This document shows, piece after piece, positions 43,957 through 59,205 of a stretch of DNA of 64,000 nt. Made by a program: the position numbers and the translations under genes. The notes under the pieces were generated by a model. The model did not search any database. It had not been told where the DNA came from and worked only from the letters and a program-made list of their open reading frames with translations. How positions within the stretch are numbered: the stretch's first letter is position 1; the number at the start of each line of letters is the position of its first letter. This stretch comes from Eledone cirrhosa (lineage: Eukaryota). The DNA is taken from assembly GCA_964016885.1 (NCBI GenBank), contig OZ024742.1, forward strand, positions 326,182,001-326,246,000. The letters are read 5' to 3'.

Positions 43957-44643
43957 TATAACATTTATATTTTAAAGTGTATGTGTGAGGGGGTGAGAGA
44001 AAGTGAGAGAGAGAGAGGAAGTGTGTGGGTATGTGTGTGTATATACATATACACATGCAAACGCATACACACGCACTTCCTCTCTCTATATTCATATATA
44101 TATATATATATATATATGCATATATAGTATTTATTCACACATATAGACAATTATATACATATAAACACACATACACGGACGCGCGCGCGCCTTGAATTTA
44201 CTGCAGTTTCAACGCCTAAGTTGTAATCTCGGCTGTAAGCAGACTGGAAATATTATTGAAGTTGAATTTCTCATAATCTAGTAAATTATTCACCTCGTGG
44301 AAGATGACAATGTGGTATTAGTTTAATGGCGGGTGTTACGAAAATCTGAACAATAGCCATGATTTAATGGGATCATAAAACCAATGAGATTGGTTAGTGT
44401 ATGGTAAGTTTGGTTACGAGAATAACTTTCTGTTACTATTTACAATATTATATCAACCGAGTAGTGTCCCTCTGGATATAACTCCAGGCCATCACAAGTG
44501 ACTTTTCCATCTATGTGGTGTCTATCTTCCAGAAGTCACGATGAAATAACGAGCTTATAATTACGTTCTATACAGTTGAGTTCAACTATGGGATATGGTC
44601 TTTGATTACGTTAAATATACACACAAACAGACACCCACACATT

Positions 44644-44724
<81 letters not shown>

Positions 44725-44865
44725 ATATATATGTATATGTGTGTGTTTGTGTTGGTGTTTGTATGTGTGCGTGTAAATCCTACTCATTTCCTTCCGTCTC
44801 CTGGGTTTTAATTTATCCGATTTTCTCAACTATTCTTTATAATGATCGAGTACTATTATAGTACA

Positions 44866-44978
44866 AAATCCCGCCGAGGTTAACTTTGCCTTTCATCCTT
44901 ACTGGGTCGATAACATAAAGTACCAGTAATGCACTGGGTAATTGCTGGCCTTGTGCCAACAGTAGAAACAATTATTAT
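44866..44978 (+). mobile_element. 5'-truncated SINE
   Basis: 3' half of the same family. Confidence 0.8.
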
Positions 44979-45204
44979 AGTAAATTACACAGGGACAACT
45001 AGATTTCAAATTTCCAGTTTTCCCTGTTCTTCCTGTCAGCCGAATATGCATGGCAGACCTTTCTTTACCATGACGGTAAAATATCCAACACCCCTACGAT
45101 GTCAGAATGTAATTTAGTGACCTGGCGGAGTTTAGTAAACTTATGTTTACTAATCAGACTATTGACCAATTTTACAGGGAATAGCGAGGAACTATACTGA
45201 ATGA

Positions 45205-46197
45205 TGGGTTTTTCCCTCTAAACAGAGTCAACCCCAGTTCGGCAGCTGGATAGACAATTCCACACCGTTCAACAGCGTCGTCGGGCGCTGGATGGACGAA
45301 CCGGTAAAGTTGAGCGGGCTCTGGCTCGGACCAGAACTCCGGGTGGATAAGGATTGGGATGAAGTTACGAACACGGTAGTTACTCTCACCCAAAAATAGG
45401 ACGACAAGAAACTATCCCTGAAAGTTCGGTTGGAGGTGGGAATCGAGTCGGTCGCATCTGCCATCTGCTACCGCTTGACCTCGTTCACACCTCAACAAAT
45501 TGGAACGTCAGCTCTTCAATTTATTGTGGAAAAGAGAGGTTCTATTGGCGAGGCAGTCCATCTGCTGCCAGCACCCTCTACGCCGAAGGCCGTGCCAGAC
45601 ATGGCTGATGAGGCGCAAACATGTGCTGAGGCTACGGCATCTTTAGATATTCTTAAACGATGAATAGTTGTGGTCGCCGTTTCTAAGACAGGCCTTCCCA
45701 CTGCTCGTCTTTTTGACGGATATGCAGTCCTTGGTCGAGTCAAGAAGAGACCGAGAATTGGTGCCTGGCATCTGGTATGTTGCCAGGCGCTCACTACCCT
45801 CCACCAGGCAGGCAATGGGGTCAGTGGAAATTCCACTATAAAGGATTATGGGTGAGCAAATGCGACGACGTTCTTGGAGAAGTTCTGATCGTCGTCGAAA
45901 TCGAACTGACTTATTTGTTCCGGAGAACTTTCTAGCTAGGTACTATTGATAACTGCCAGAAATCTCTCGCTTGTCAGTGCTATCCGCGGGGGAAACTCTG
46001 CCGGTTCGAGATAAATTCTACAGGCACGAAATTACGGTCGGACGGACCAGCCCGTGATGTGCGCAGAACTACGAAGCAGTTCAACACGCACTCGTCCATT
46101 GTATGAGCATTGTTTAATTGTTGAGTTATGTCGAACAGCTGTTATCGCGTGTAGCGCGGATTCGGCTATCGACCGAGTCCATGGTGAAGATCGCCCC
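45205..46197 (+). mobile_element. Old degenerate Tx1-like ORF2 fragment related to about 24650-25670
   Basis: Clear nucleotide similarity, e.g. GCGTCGTCGGGCGCTGGATGGACGAACCGGTAAAGTTG, AAACTATCCCTGAAAG and TATGTCGAACAGCTG. Confidence 0.85.
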
Positions 46198-46308
46198 GGT
46201 GCATTGTGTTCTAGTTCTTTATCTGTCTCTATCATGAAATCCCATAGCAACTTCACCCGATCGTTTTCTATCACCGACTTTGGCTTATGCCCATTCCACT
46301 TCTCAGGT
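46198..46308 (-). mobile_element. Small fragment of an R4/Dong-like LINE related to 378-482
   Basis: EKWNGHKPKSVIENDRVKLLWDFMIETDKELEHN versus EKWYEHKPEAVIENDQVKVLWDFRIQTDKKLEHN. Confidence 0.85.
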
Positions 46309-46328
46309 AGAGCGTTGAACATGATTTG

Positions 46329-46496
46329 TAGCATAGAGTTATGCTCCTTTACGGTCTGAGTTCAAATCCCGCCGAGGTCAACTTTGCCTTTCATCCTTAC
46401 AGAGTCGTTAAAATAAAGTACCAGTAATGCACTGGAGCCAAATTAATCGACTTTCCCCTCTCCCAAAATTGCTGGCCTTGTGCCTATAGTAGAAAT
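46329..46496 (+). mobile_element. tRNA-derived SINE (long variant)
   Basis: Same family, including the TTAATCGACTTTCCCCTC segment. Confidence 0.8.
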
Positions 46497-47439
46497 CAAA
46501 ATAATTATTATGGGTGTTGTTTTTTGATGTTGTTGATGTCGCGGTCGTTAAAAATACTGGAAATAATATTTGAGCTGATGATATGGTTAGTGGTCATCGC
46601 TGTCATCTCCACCAACGCTACATTCTTTCATGTATTAATTTCATTTATTTCGTTATACGTATATATGGTTTTTTTCCTTGTATTTCATATTTATATTAAT
46701 ATTCAATTATTTTCTTTGTAGTTAGTAGAACCACCGAAACAGAAATACTTATATATATTCGTTTGTGTTTATGTGCGTCAGTGTTATATGTGCCTGCATA
46801 AAAATGATTTATGTCTGCAAATGCTTGTATATGTACGCATTAGTATGTTGGTGGAAATCTATTTTTCGTATGTATGTATGTATGTTTGTATGTATGATAT
46901 GCCAGGTCGCTCTCGAATGCTACTGGTAACATGTAACCCAGTAGAACTTGTTTCATGGTCGGGTCGTCGGCAACTAAATTGGCAACCCCACCAAACATGC
47001 TTGGTGAGGAGGGTGATATTTGGACACCCTATGAGATGAAATACAAGATTCGGCAAAGGGCCTAGGAACTCGGCAGAGTCAATGGCCATCCAAATAGTAC
47101 TTTATTTTTTAGCTGGGAGTGAAAGGCCCCCAGTTGTTGTCACCACATATTTCTAAGAGAGGGTAACTCTGAAAAAAACCTACGACTTCGGAAGGATCCG
47201 ATGATGTTGACCAGTTCTCTTTTTCGGGTTATGTTTTCGATGCTCAGAGAGTGGGACTGGTCGTGTGCAAGGCCTTTCCCCCCTTAAAAAACCTTCAAAG
47301 CACAGGCATTGCTTGTTCAGGATCTGTTACAGGTTCGTGTGGTTAGCCGTAGCCTAAAAATGCACCAGTCTCTGTAAGCTGACATCCGATTGCAATACTC
47401 TTAGCAGAGTTTGCAGCCATCATGTTTGTTTGTATGTCG

Positions 47440-47570
47440 GTAGGTAAGTAGGTAGATAGGTAGGTAGGTAGGTAGGTAGGTAGGTAGGTAGGTAGGTAGG
47501 TAGGTAGGTAGGTAGGTAGGTAGGTAGGTAGGTAGGCAGGTAGGTAGGTAGGTAGCTAGGTAAATAGGTA
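47440..47570. repeat. (TAGG)n microsatellite
   Basis: Direct reading. Confidence 0.9.
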
Positions 47571-47739
47571 GATATGCATTTATGCGTGTATATGTGTTAT
47601 TCCATGTATGTTTCTACTTGCATGTATATGAATGAATGTGCATGTATGTGTACATACGCTTATGCATGTATGTGCTTATATCTAAATTATACGATCAACT
47701 GGATAACGTAAATTATAAGGTTTGGTTGAAAGATGCAGC

Positions 47740-48015
47740 CCCGCAGGACGTGTGTGCTTACAGTTTAGCTCTATATGTGTGAGAGCTATGGACAACATGC
47801 TGTCGGCATATCCAGAGCCTTGAAAGTTTCCACCTCAATGCTTATTTTTCATCTTCAAGATCTCATGGATGTATCATACACCAGACACTGATATGCGGCT
47901 GTGGGCCTGTATACCAAGCATCGAGAGCATGATCGTGAAGCTCTGCCTCTGGTGGACAGGTCATATTGTACGCTTGAATGACAGCAAAATCTCCAAGCAA
48001 GTTTTGTGTGATCTG
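47740..48015 (+). mobile_element. Degenerate RTE-type LINE C-terminal fragment
   Basis: RHIQSLESFH...SIESMIVK...WTGHIVRLNDSKISKQVL. Confidence 0.6.
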
Positions 48016-48385
48016 TGATCATTTGAAAGAACTAAAATATAGGGCCGTACTAGCTGTTTTTTTCACCCGGGAGTAATATATATATATTTTTTGTGGCGTC
48101 AATGTTGATTTCGTGTCCGCACTTAAGCCGGGTAAGTTTTCTGATGCTTCCCACGAGAGAAATGGCGAACACCACACATACACCCCAATAAATCAAAATG
48201 ATAAATACATTCCATTTCCCCTTGTCACTTCTTCAACATAGGTTAATTCTTCCCTCCACACTACAGTACTACAGTTTTTCTTACCCATCCCAACATAAGT
48301 AATGCAACATACAGACGCAGACACTCACATACACACACATGCGCAGCCACACACACCCACACACAGAATCACTCCCGGAAAAGAT

Positions 48386-48426
<41 letters not shown>

Positions 48427-48678
48427 GTATGTATGTGTCTGTGTGTGTATGTATATCTCTGTATGTGTGTGTGTTTAGGTGTGAATGTGCGCGCACGCGT
48501 GTGTTTATCTGTCTTTATACACTCATTCACATGTGTGTAATTTTTGCTGAGTGTGTAACAAGTGGTTTCCATGGACCTTAAGTGTCTCTAGTGTAATCTT
48601 CTCCGACGCAGTGAAGGAAAACTCACTCTCCTTTCCTTTTAAAGGAATCTCCTGATAATACGCTCCCGTGCGTGTATG

Positions 48679-48853
<175 letters not shown>

Positions 48854-49908
48854 GTAAAAGGAAAAGAAAATGCTCACAAATTGTTCCCAGTGAAAAATAG
48901 TTTAATTAGGAATAAGTAAAAATTAGTAATAAGTATTGGTTAGTATTCTGTTTTGGTTTCAAGCTTTTACCGGTTACGCATTTCTAATGCTTTTCAAAAA
49001 TTATTTTGAGATAGAGCGCCCGTGATGTTTGCTCTAATCTGATTAGTTTTGGAAATTTTACCTGTTTTATGTGAGAAAAGTGGCTCCAGATGTATTAAAA
49101 TAAGTTTCGCGCAATTCGTGTTGCAAAAATTCTTGTGTTCAAAACAATTTTGATTGGTCAGTAGAGGTCATGTGAATGTTAAAAATTGATTTTGCGCCAA
49201 ATGTAGGTTTGTCTCGGCTGATTGAGAAGTCACTGAAAAATAAGTCTTTTAAGACAAATATGTGTGTGTGTGTGTAGTAGTAATAAAGAGGTTCATTGTT
49301 GTGATAATGGTCAGTAGGGATGTGTGTGTGAATTGCAGTTTGTTGACAGGTCAACAGTTCAGGTGCCTATTAAGACAAGTGTGTGTATGTGTGTGTGTGT
49401 GTGTGTGTAGCAGAGTAATTCGTGGTAGAGGGATCGGTCAGTAGGAATGTGTCTGTACGTGTGTGGGGGATATTTTAACATGTTGAAAGATATTTTTCAG
49501 CTCTTGTCTTATACGGAGAAGTGTGTGTGTGTATATGTCTCTTTGTATGTTAGTGTACGCGTGTGTGTGTGTGTATATATATATGTGTGTGTGTGTATGT
49601 GTGTATGTGTGTGTGTGGGTGGACCAGTATTTTTGTGATGCTGGTAAAATGGTGTACATTATTCGATATTTTCAGTAAAAACGATTCTCTCAATAGAACA
49701 TCAAAAACCTTAATAATAAAAGGTATGAAATGATATATAGTATTGTCATAACATCAAGGTGTGTGTGAGTGTCCAGATTGTATGTACTGCAAGGGGAATC
49801 CACTAGGCCTTGCCGTATTGGAATACTTGTGTACAAATATGTATGTGCCCATCAGTGTGCAATGCATGTGTGCGTATATGTATGTGTGTTTGTCGGCACG
49901 TTTATATC

Positions 49909-49987
<79 letters not shown>

Positions 49988-50019
49988 TGTGTATATATAT
50001 ATATATATAAATATATATA

Positions 50020-50096
<77 letters not shown>

Positions 50097-50143
50097 ACGT
50101 AAAATAAGAAAATTATAGTAATTAGCTTACTTACTTAAATTTC

Positions 50144-50226
50144 ACTCCAACTAATTAGTTTCTGAAAGGGAATATACATAGTCTGCAAATGGAAACCATG
50201 GAGAAACCTTTTCGTCATCAGGGAGT
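50144..50226 (-). ncRNA. Type I hammerhead ribozyme motif with extended stem II
   Basis: ACTCC-CTGATGA-[CGAAAAGG...CCTTTCA]-GAAA-CTAATTAG-TT-GGAGT: perfect stem I, palindromic stem III and a GUU cleavage triplet. Confidence 0.75.
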
Positions 50227-50612
50227 CATTCTCAGCTAAGATACCTGGCGCTGCGCGGACACAGGGAACTTATATAAACATATTCAGTGGATATATGTTG
50301 GTAGTATATATATGTTGGTAGATATACTAATTCTTTATAATTATCTACAAATTATTTTGTTGAGCAAAAATTTGCCAAAATTACTACTATAGTTCATAGT
50401 AACAGCTTGGCTACTGTATTTTTAACAGCCCACTCCTCACTGATTAACCTCGATGCCACGTGATTGATTCTTTTGAATTTGCCACCGAACAAGAAGGCAG
50501 TGATTTTTTCAGTGTCTTGGAATTTAGTCCCCGCTTGCTCTTTCCCATCCACTGAATATTTTTGTATAAGTTCCCCGTGTCCGCGCATCGCCAGGTATCT
50601 TAGCTGAGAATG

Positions 50613-50695
50613 ACTCCCTGATGACGAAAAGGTTTCTCCGTGGTTTCCATTTGGAGACTATGTATATTCCCTTTCAGAAACTAATTTGTTGGATT
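50613..50695 (+). ncRNA. Type I hammerhead motif, slightly degraded copy
   Basis: ACTCC-CTGATGA...GAAA-CTAATTTG-TT-GGATT, with one change each in stem III and stem I. Confidence 0.65.
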
Positions 50696-50859
50696 GAAAT
50701 TTAAGAAAGTAAGCTAATTACTATAATTTTCTTATTTTACGTTTTTCATATAATTGTTCTGCATCCTCTTGCATTGAACCACAAAGTTACTAAGACAAAA
50801 CCTATATATTTGCTTGCATAGGTATACATCTGTATATATATGTTGGTAGATATACTAAT

Positions 50860-50916
<57 letters not shown>

Positions 50917-51019
50917 TCATACACATATCAATACACCTATATATATGTGTATATACTCTTTTACTCTTTTACCTGTTTCAACCATCCGGCTGAGGCCATG
51001 CTGGGGCACCGCCCTTGTA

Positions 51020-51051
<32 letters not shown>

Positions 51052-51244
51052 CAGTTCTAGTCCTGTAGAAGCCATTTCTATGTTGAATATATACACGCTT
51101 ACATATAAGCACACATTACATATTAACGCTGATATATTCACAAATATACAAATATACACATGCGGGCATTCATAAACACACACACACACACAGTCACACA
51201 TCCATGCACATACACTCATACACACATACACGCACTAGTTCTGT

Positions 51245-52110
51245 CACCAGCAGCACTCCGATCACCATCACCAACACCACCTCTAACACCAATATTAAGA
51301 CCACTAACACCAGCACTAACACCAAAACCAACGCCAACACAAAAGCGAAGCCTACCAACACCACAAATAACATCAACACCACCACCAGGATCAACACCAC
51401 CACCAAAACCACAATCAAAACCAACACCATCACCACCGCCTACACCACAACACCAACACCACCACCAACACTACAACCATCACCAACAATACCACCTACA
51501 GCAACACCACACCACAACCAGGATCAACCCCACCACCAACACCGCAACCAAAACCAACAGCATCACCAACACAACCACCTACACCAATACCAACATCACC
51601 ACGAATACCTACACCAACACCATTACTAACATTACCATCTACACCACAACCAAAACCAACACCATCACCAACACTACCGCCTACACCACAACACCAACAC
51701 CATCACCACCACCACCACCAACGCCACAACCATCACCAACAATACCACCTACAACAACACCAACACCACAACCAGGATCAACACCACCACCAACACTACA
51801 ACCAAAACCATCACCAACACTACCGCCTAAAACAACACCACCACTACATCTACACCAACGCCAACACCAACACTACCGCCTACAACAACATCATCACCAA
51901 CACTACAACCAGGATCAACACCAGCACCAACACTACCACCTACACCAACGCCAACACAAATACTACCGCCTACAACAACACCAACACTACCACCTACACC
52001 AACGTCAACAGCAACACCACCACCTACACCAACACCAACACCACTAGGAACACCTACACCAACGTCAACAGCAACACCATTGCCAACACCACTATCATGA
52101 CTACTACCAC
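51245..52110. repeat. CAC/CAA-rich degenerate minisatellite
   Basis: Recurring ACCAGGATCAAC and CACTACCGCCTAC units. Confidence 0.8.
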
Positions 52111-52261
52111 CTGTTCATATGATCATGTCAAAAACACTGGTTGCCGTTTCTGCTGATAACAACTTCGCTGGCAAATAAACCAATATAGGTTTAATCGGAA
52201 ATCCTTCAGCTTGTGGCGATTGTAGTAATGGTTATTGTGTGGTGCCTCTATTGTAGATAGT

Positions 52262-52862
52262 GCTGCTGTTGTTGTTGGCGTTGTCAGTAATGGTGGTGGT
52301 GGCGGTGGTGATAATGGTGATGATGGAGGGGGTGGTGCTTGTGATACTGGCGATGGTGGAGGTGATGGTGGTGGTAGTGCTTGTGTTACTGGTGATGGTG
52401 GAGGTGGTGGTGGTGCTTGTGTTACTGGCGATGGTGGAGGTGGTGGTGGTGGTGGTGCTTGTGTTACTGGCGATGGTGGAGGTGGTGGTGGTGCTGGTGA
52501 GACTGGCGATGGTGGAGATGGTTGTGGTGGTGCTTGCGTTACTGGCGATGGTGGAGTTGGTAGCGACGGTGGTGCTTGTGTTACTGGCGATGGTGGAGGT
52601 GCTGGAGGTGCTGGCGATACTGACAATGGTGGAGATGGTGGTGGTGGTGGTGATACTGGCGATGGTGGAGATGGTGGTGTTGGTGCTTCTGATACTGGCG
52701 ATGGTGGAGATGGTGGTGGTCGTGCTTGTGATACTGGCGATGGTGGAGATGGTGGTAGTGGTGGTGGAGATGGTGGTGGTGCTGGTGCTGGTGATACTGG
52801 CGATGGTGGATGTGGTGGTGCTGGTGCTGGTGAGACTGGCGATGGTGGAGATGGTGCTGGTA
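52262..52862. repeat. GGT-rich ~30-39-bp minisatellite
   Basis: Recurring ACTGGCGATGGTGGAG core. Confidence 0.85.
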
Positions 52863-53330
52863 GTGAAGGAGAGTGTGGGGAATTGTGCCGAATGCATTTA
52901 ATAGTTGCTCTCTTTGTTCCATATATGCTATGTACTAACCAACACACCCCTATAGGTTAGTGAGGATGGTGGAGAGGGCGACGACGGTGGTAGAGATGGC
53001 TGTCGGGAAACATTTTAAAAATGTAGTAGTGACCACCTTACAGTTAACTGGACACTCCTTTACTCGCCTATGTTATAGCAGCATTTTCAGGCCATTCATT
53101 TCTTTTATTTCTTTAGTAATCTTTATACACCTACACAGACACACTCACTCACAGACACACACACATATATATATTTATATATATATAAGGAACAAGGATT
53201 CAGTGTTGTCTCATAACATATTTAATAACGTATATATATCTATATATGTTATTAAATATATAAATATATATATATATATATAAATATATAAACATATATG
53301 GATGTATATAAATATATATATATATATATA

Positions 53331-54347
<1,017 letters not shown>

Positions 54348-54349
54348 TG

Positions 54350-54437
<88 letters not shown>

Positions 54438-54476
54438 TATATATATATAGATGAATGTATATAAATATATATAAAT

Positions 54477-54810
54477 AAAAAGAGATGAAATCGAAAATGC
54501 AACTGGAGTCTTATTTTTTTTTTAAATATATATATTTATTTGGTTCCTTTACCGGTTTCGCAGTTCTTCTGCTTTTCAAAAGGTGAGTTGAGATGGAGGG
54601 TCTGTGGTTTTTCCACAGACCCTCCATCTCAACTCACCTTTTGAAAAGCAGAAGAACTGCGAAACCGGTAAAGGAACCAAATAAATATATATATTTTAAA
54701 AAAAATAAGACTGCAGTTGCATTTTCGATTTCATCTCTTTTTCTTTATACTTTCACTCGTGTAGGACACCTCGGTTATTTTTCATTTAGTAAAAAAAAAC
54801 TCACTTTCTA
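54477..54810 (+). mobile_element. Fold-back PLE-type end (palindrome about 54477-54742 plus extension) with a hammerhead 3'-half motif
   Basis: ~130-bp arms around TTTTT at 54608-54612; CGAAACCGGTA at 54660-54670; related sequence at about 48950-49020; (TA)n flanks. Confidence 0.65.
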
Positions 54811-54844
<34 letters not shown>

Positions 54845-54949
54845 ATATTCCTAACGATCGACTTTCGTCAAATCGGACCGAGGAACCAATGTTTCCATTG
54901 GTCTTTCCAATTGCTAATAATATCTATCGGTTGCAACTCCAGGTAGAAG

Positions 54950-55066
54950 GAGCAACGTGAAAGAAAGTGTCTTGCTCAAGGACATAGCGCATCGCCCGGT
55001 CCAGGAATCGAACTCACAACCTCACGATTGCGAATCCAGTTATCTAACCACTCAGCCACACGCCTT

Positions 55067-55070
<4 letters not shown>
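54950..55070 (-). mobile_element. tRNA-derived CORE-type SINE
   Basis: Minus strand: A box TGGCTGAGTGG, B box GAGTTCGATTCC, and CORE-like GTCCTTGAGCAAGACACTT. Confidence 0.75.
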
Positions 55071-55112
<42 letters not shown>

Positions 55113-55772
55113 ATACACACACACACACACACACAAACACACATATATATGTACATGTATATATATCTTAGTATGTATACTGTGATATATATTAACGTTT
55201 GTTTCTTTTCAATCTATTTCTCTGTCTCTGATTGGTTCATAATTAATTGTCGCAAATGTGAGTACCTAATTTACCGCAGCATACCTGCATACATATAGTT
55301 AAGAATGAATGTGTGTGTGTGTATATGTCTGTGTGTGTGTCTGTGTGTATGTATATGAGTCATGTGTGTGCGCTTGTGTATTTGTGTATGTGCACTGGTG
55401 TGTTTGTGTGTGGGGGCATGTTCCTGAATGTTTGTGTGTGTTTCTGAGTATATAGCTCTGCGATAGTGTAAGTAGATAGCAAATGCAATTGGGTCTTCCA
55501 TCAGTTTCGACGACGTGTTTTAAACCTGTGCAATCCAACTGAACTACAGTTGTTTTGAATTGTAAGTAGACGTGAATGCGTATTCCACAGACACGTGTAT
55601 TCTTATTATAATCATCAGGCAAATTTGACATACCATATTGCCTGATTAGGTTTTCACATTGAAATAAAGACGTCAAACATGTCAACTCTCCCCTTTCGGC
55701 TGGCAGATTTCCCACCCACTTTGGAGAGGTTTAGAAATGACTTCTCTTGTGAAAATTAGTATAGCTTTCATT

Positions 55773-55963
55773 GGCTGGATTGGCAGTATCGGTAGAGGGT
55801 CGGACGCCATGCTATGACGCATAGAGATACGGCCCTTGCCATTCTGAGTTCAAATCCCGCCGATGTTAACTTTGCCTTTCATCCTTACGGGGGTCAATAA
55901 AATAAAGTACCAGTAATGCACTGGGTAATTGCTGGCCTTGTGCCAAAAAGTAGAAACAATTAT
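55773..55963 (+). mobile_element. tRNA-derived SINE
   Basis: Matches the family at 6277. Confidence 0.88.
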
Positions 55964-58236
55964 GTAAACTTTCCCCATTGTGCCTCATTTCTCTTCGGTT
56001 TGGGGCCCTTTTTTTACATGGCACTACCAATTTTGGTTTTTAGAGGTTGGCAGATGCAGCCAAATTGATTGGCTTCCTAACAGTTTCCTTCTACCAATTC
56101 CACTCACTAGAGTCGACCCTAGGTTACAGTAAAAGACACTTCCCCAAGAAGCCTCACAGCAGTATTCATCACATTGCTCCATAGTTCTGCAGCTAGGAGT
56201 TAATCATTCGGCCACTACAAACAAAGGAATATGTAGCGGAGAAAAGTGAAAGCCCTATTCATAGACAGTATGATCTTTATATAGATTTAATTGGTTAGCA
56301 CGACAAAATAGTATATTGCAGGAGGGTATTCCAGTCCCACGGGTGGCGCTGTAAATGTGTTTTTCCATCTCCAGGTTCTATATGCCCTACTTAGAATAAT
56401 TTTCAAAGTCAAACAACTTTCAGGGTTCTAAGTTTCTAATTCAAAAACTTCGCTCAATGGTTCTAAAAATGGTTGTTTAGGGAGATAGAATCAAGTTCTC
56501 TACCAACACAAAATCACTTTTCTCACTATTTAACGTATTAGTGTGAACTCTATTTTCCTTTGGGCTGGTATCTTAACGATAGTGGCTTAATTAAATATTT
56601 GAATGAGTGGGAAAACGATCGAAGATTTTCGGTCCTATCCGATGATTTGTTTCAGTATTATTTAGATTTAGAAATATTTATTTAAGATTAAATAGTTTTA
56701 GAATAATTCAAACAAAGCCGAATTGGCAAAGAACTTAGAACATTTACGGTATTCTTTCCGGTTCTCTGACATCTGGTTCAAATCTCACAGAGGTCAACTT
56801 TGCTTTTAATAGTTTAAGGTCAATAAATAACCATTCAAGTTCTGGTGGCAATTCCCCCTCTCCGACCAAACTCTCTCTGCTTTTTTCCAACTCTAGAATT
56901 TATCAGCTGTGTTTAGACCGGATATCGTTCTATGCCTGTCTGTTTCTCTTAACCTCTCTATTGCTGCTGCTGCTGCTGCTGCTACGGTTGTAGTCCATGT
57001 TGATGCTGCTGTTAAAGTTGTCTCTTTTTGTCGTCGCATTGCCGTTGTTGTTATTGTTTTTGCTGCTCTTATTGTTGCTTTTGTTATTGCTGTTGTCGTT
57101 TAACCACCCGGATTTCCCTGGTTGAGTAAACTTATGATGAAAACCACTCTAGCTATCACCATATATTTCCATTTTTATTTTATTTTATTTTATTTTATTT
57201 TATTTTATTTTATTTTATTTTATTTTATTTTATTTTAGACAACGACTGCCTTCTTTTAGAACAGAGATAACTAGGGATAGACAGAAACTGTATGGAAGCC
57301 TATATGATGGACTGTACCTGTAATTCAAAGTCCCACAATGTCACGCTGAATCCCCCTGACATTACGTTATGGGTACACATATGCAGTGTTCAACCACTTC
57401 CAGGTTAATTTCACGAGCAAACGGTTCCGTTGTTCAAGTAACTGGAACACGCATCGTCGAAACCGATGTAGGTCCATTCTATTCCCGACAGTCCCGTATA
57501 TATTATATAATAGTAAAATGTGGTTCTGAATGTTCTCTCTCTAAAGACTACATATTCTTATAGATGAAATGGACGGTGGCTGATTTCAGTCCCCAGAGAA
57601 AGAAAGAGAAAGAAAGAAAGAGAGAAAGGATGAGAGAGAGAGAGTGTGTGTGTGTGTGTGTATGTGAAAGATTTAGATACATGCATATACAGATACTCAC
57701 ATAGATGCATACATACTCACATACATACATATATACATACTCACGTACATACATACATACATACATACATACAAACTCACATATATACATACATACATAC
57801 ATACATACATACATACATACATACATACACATACACATACATACATACATATATACACATACATATAGGCAGACAGGCAGTCAGAAGAGAAAAAAGAAGT
57901 AGACAGAGGGGGTGGGGGGAAATAATTTTCCATTGCACTATAGTCTATAAATTGATTTATCTGGTCTGACCCATTGTTGTAGAATAACTTACTCGTTAGC
58001 TAGTTAATTGGCTGAGAGCCATTTAATTGCTTGGAACATTAGAAATGCGAAAGTAACATAAACTATGTAAACTATCTGCTGAACGCATTTCAAAAACATT
58101 AGTTATTCTTTCATTTACTATTTTGCTGCTTTCATTCGTTAGACTGTGGCCATGCTGGAGCATCACCTATAAAAGATTTAGTCGACAATACCTCAGTACT
58201 TATTTAAATCTAGTACTTATTTCATTTTGTTTCATT

Positions 58237-58381
58237 GTGAAGGCGCATGGCTTAGTGGTTAGAGCATTGGTGTTGCAATCGAAAGGTTATGAGTTCAATT
58301 CTCGGACCGGGTGATGCATTGTTTCCTTGAGCAAGACACTTTATTTAACGTTGCTCCAGTTTACTCAGCTGTAGAAGTGAG
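58237..58381 (+). mobile_element. tRNA-derived CORE-type SINE
   Basis: TGGCTTAGTGG, GAGTTCAATTC and TCCTTGAGCAAGACACTT; same family as 54950-55070. Confidence 0.75.
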
Positions 58382-58963
58382 ATGATAGAACTGGGGTCCC
58401 TATCATTAAATTACCCAAGACACCTCCAACGAGATATACCTTGGAGGAGGCCAGCTAAACCTGCATAGGTGTGAGCTGTCAAACACACACGCTTATTTCA
58501 TTGAACTTTCTTTTATCTAACCGTTATTGGAAATACAGGGACGCAACATAAACACGGAATTTGTGCAGGTATAAACAAACACAACACACCCCAGACACTC
58601 ATACACACACATATACAGATATAGTTATGGCTATATCTATTTCACATATACAGAACTGTATATGTGTTAACGTAGAGGACAGAGTAAGAGAGGATGATGA
58701 GAGGAAGAGAATGAGATAATGGTTTAGAAATTATACAATTATCTGGCGCCAACCACATGATAAAAGATATTCAAGTGGATAAAAGCTTACTTAACGTTTC
58801 AAACCTTCAAAACAAAAGATGGGCTAAGGTAAAATAAATACAAATGCTATGAAAGAATATACAAAATACCAGTATTTGGCAAAATTGGCTGAAACTCTGA
58901 TAAAGTGCTTTGTTGTATTTAGTTACGCTGTCTACTTTTCATCTTCATCTTCTTGAAGAAAAT

Positions 58964-59205
58964 AAATTAAAGTACCAGTCATCTATTGAGATTGATTGGT
59001 TCGACTATAACCCCTCCACCCATATATTGCCGGCCTTGTATCAATATTAGAAATCACTATTATTGTTTGCACTTAGGGCGGTGGATTGACAGTATCGGTA
59101 GAGAGTCGGACGCCATGCTTTGCAGTATAGAGTTATGGCACTTTATGATCTGAGTTCAAATCCCGTTCAAATTGATGGCCTTGTGTCAATATTAGAAACC
59201 ACTAT
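58964..59205 (+). mobile_element. Two partial SINE copies
   Basis: A 3' part followed by an internally deleted copy starting GGGCGGTGGATTG. Confidence 0.7.

Larger units (their letters stand above)
50089..50862 (+). mobile_element. Non-coding ~528-nt hammerhead-containing element (50311-50862) with an inverted partial copy (50089-50292); retrozyme-like or non-autonomous PLE
   Basis: Terminal direct repeat TATGTTGGTAGATATACTAATTCT at 50311 and 50839. 50089-50292 is the reverse complement of about 50548-50751. Microsatellite flanks; homologous to 53550-54265. Confidence 0.8.

Noticed and set aside
50394-50588. 64-aa ORF antisense to the hammerhead element
   Set aside because: The homologous frame in the 53.8-kb copy has immediate stops; not conserved.
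51160-52960. Extensin- or mucin-like Pro-, Thr- and Gly-rich ORFs
   Set aside because: Minisatellites open in most frames, with no signal peptide or domain. An exon of a repetitive protein cannot be fully excluded without RNA-seq.
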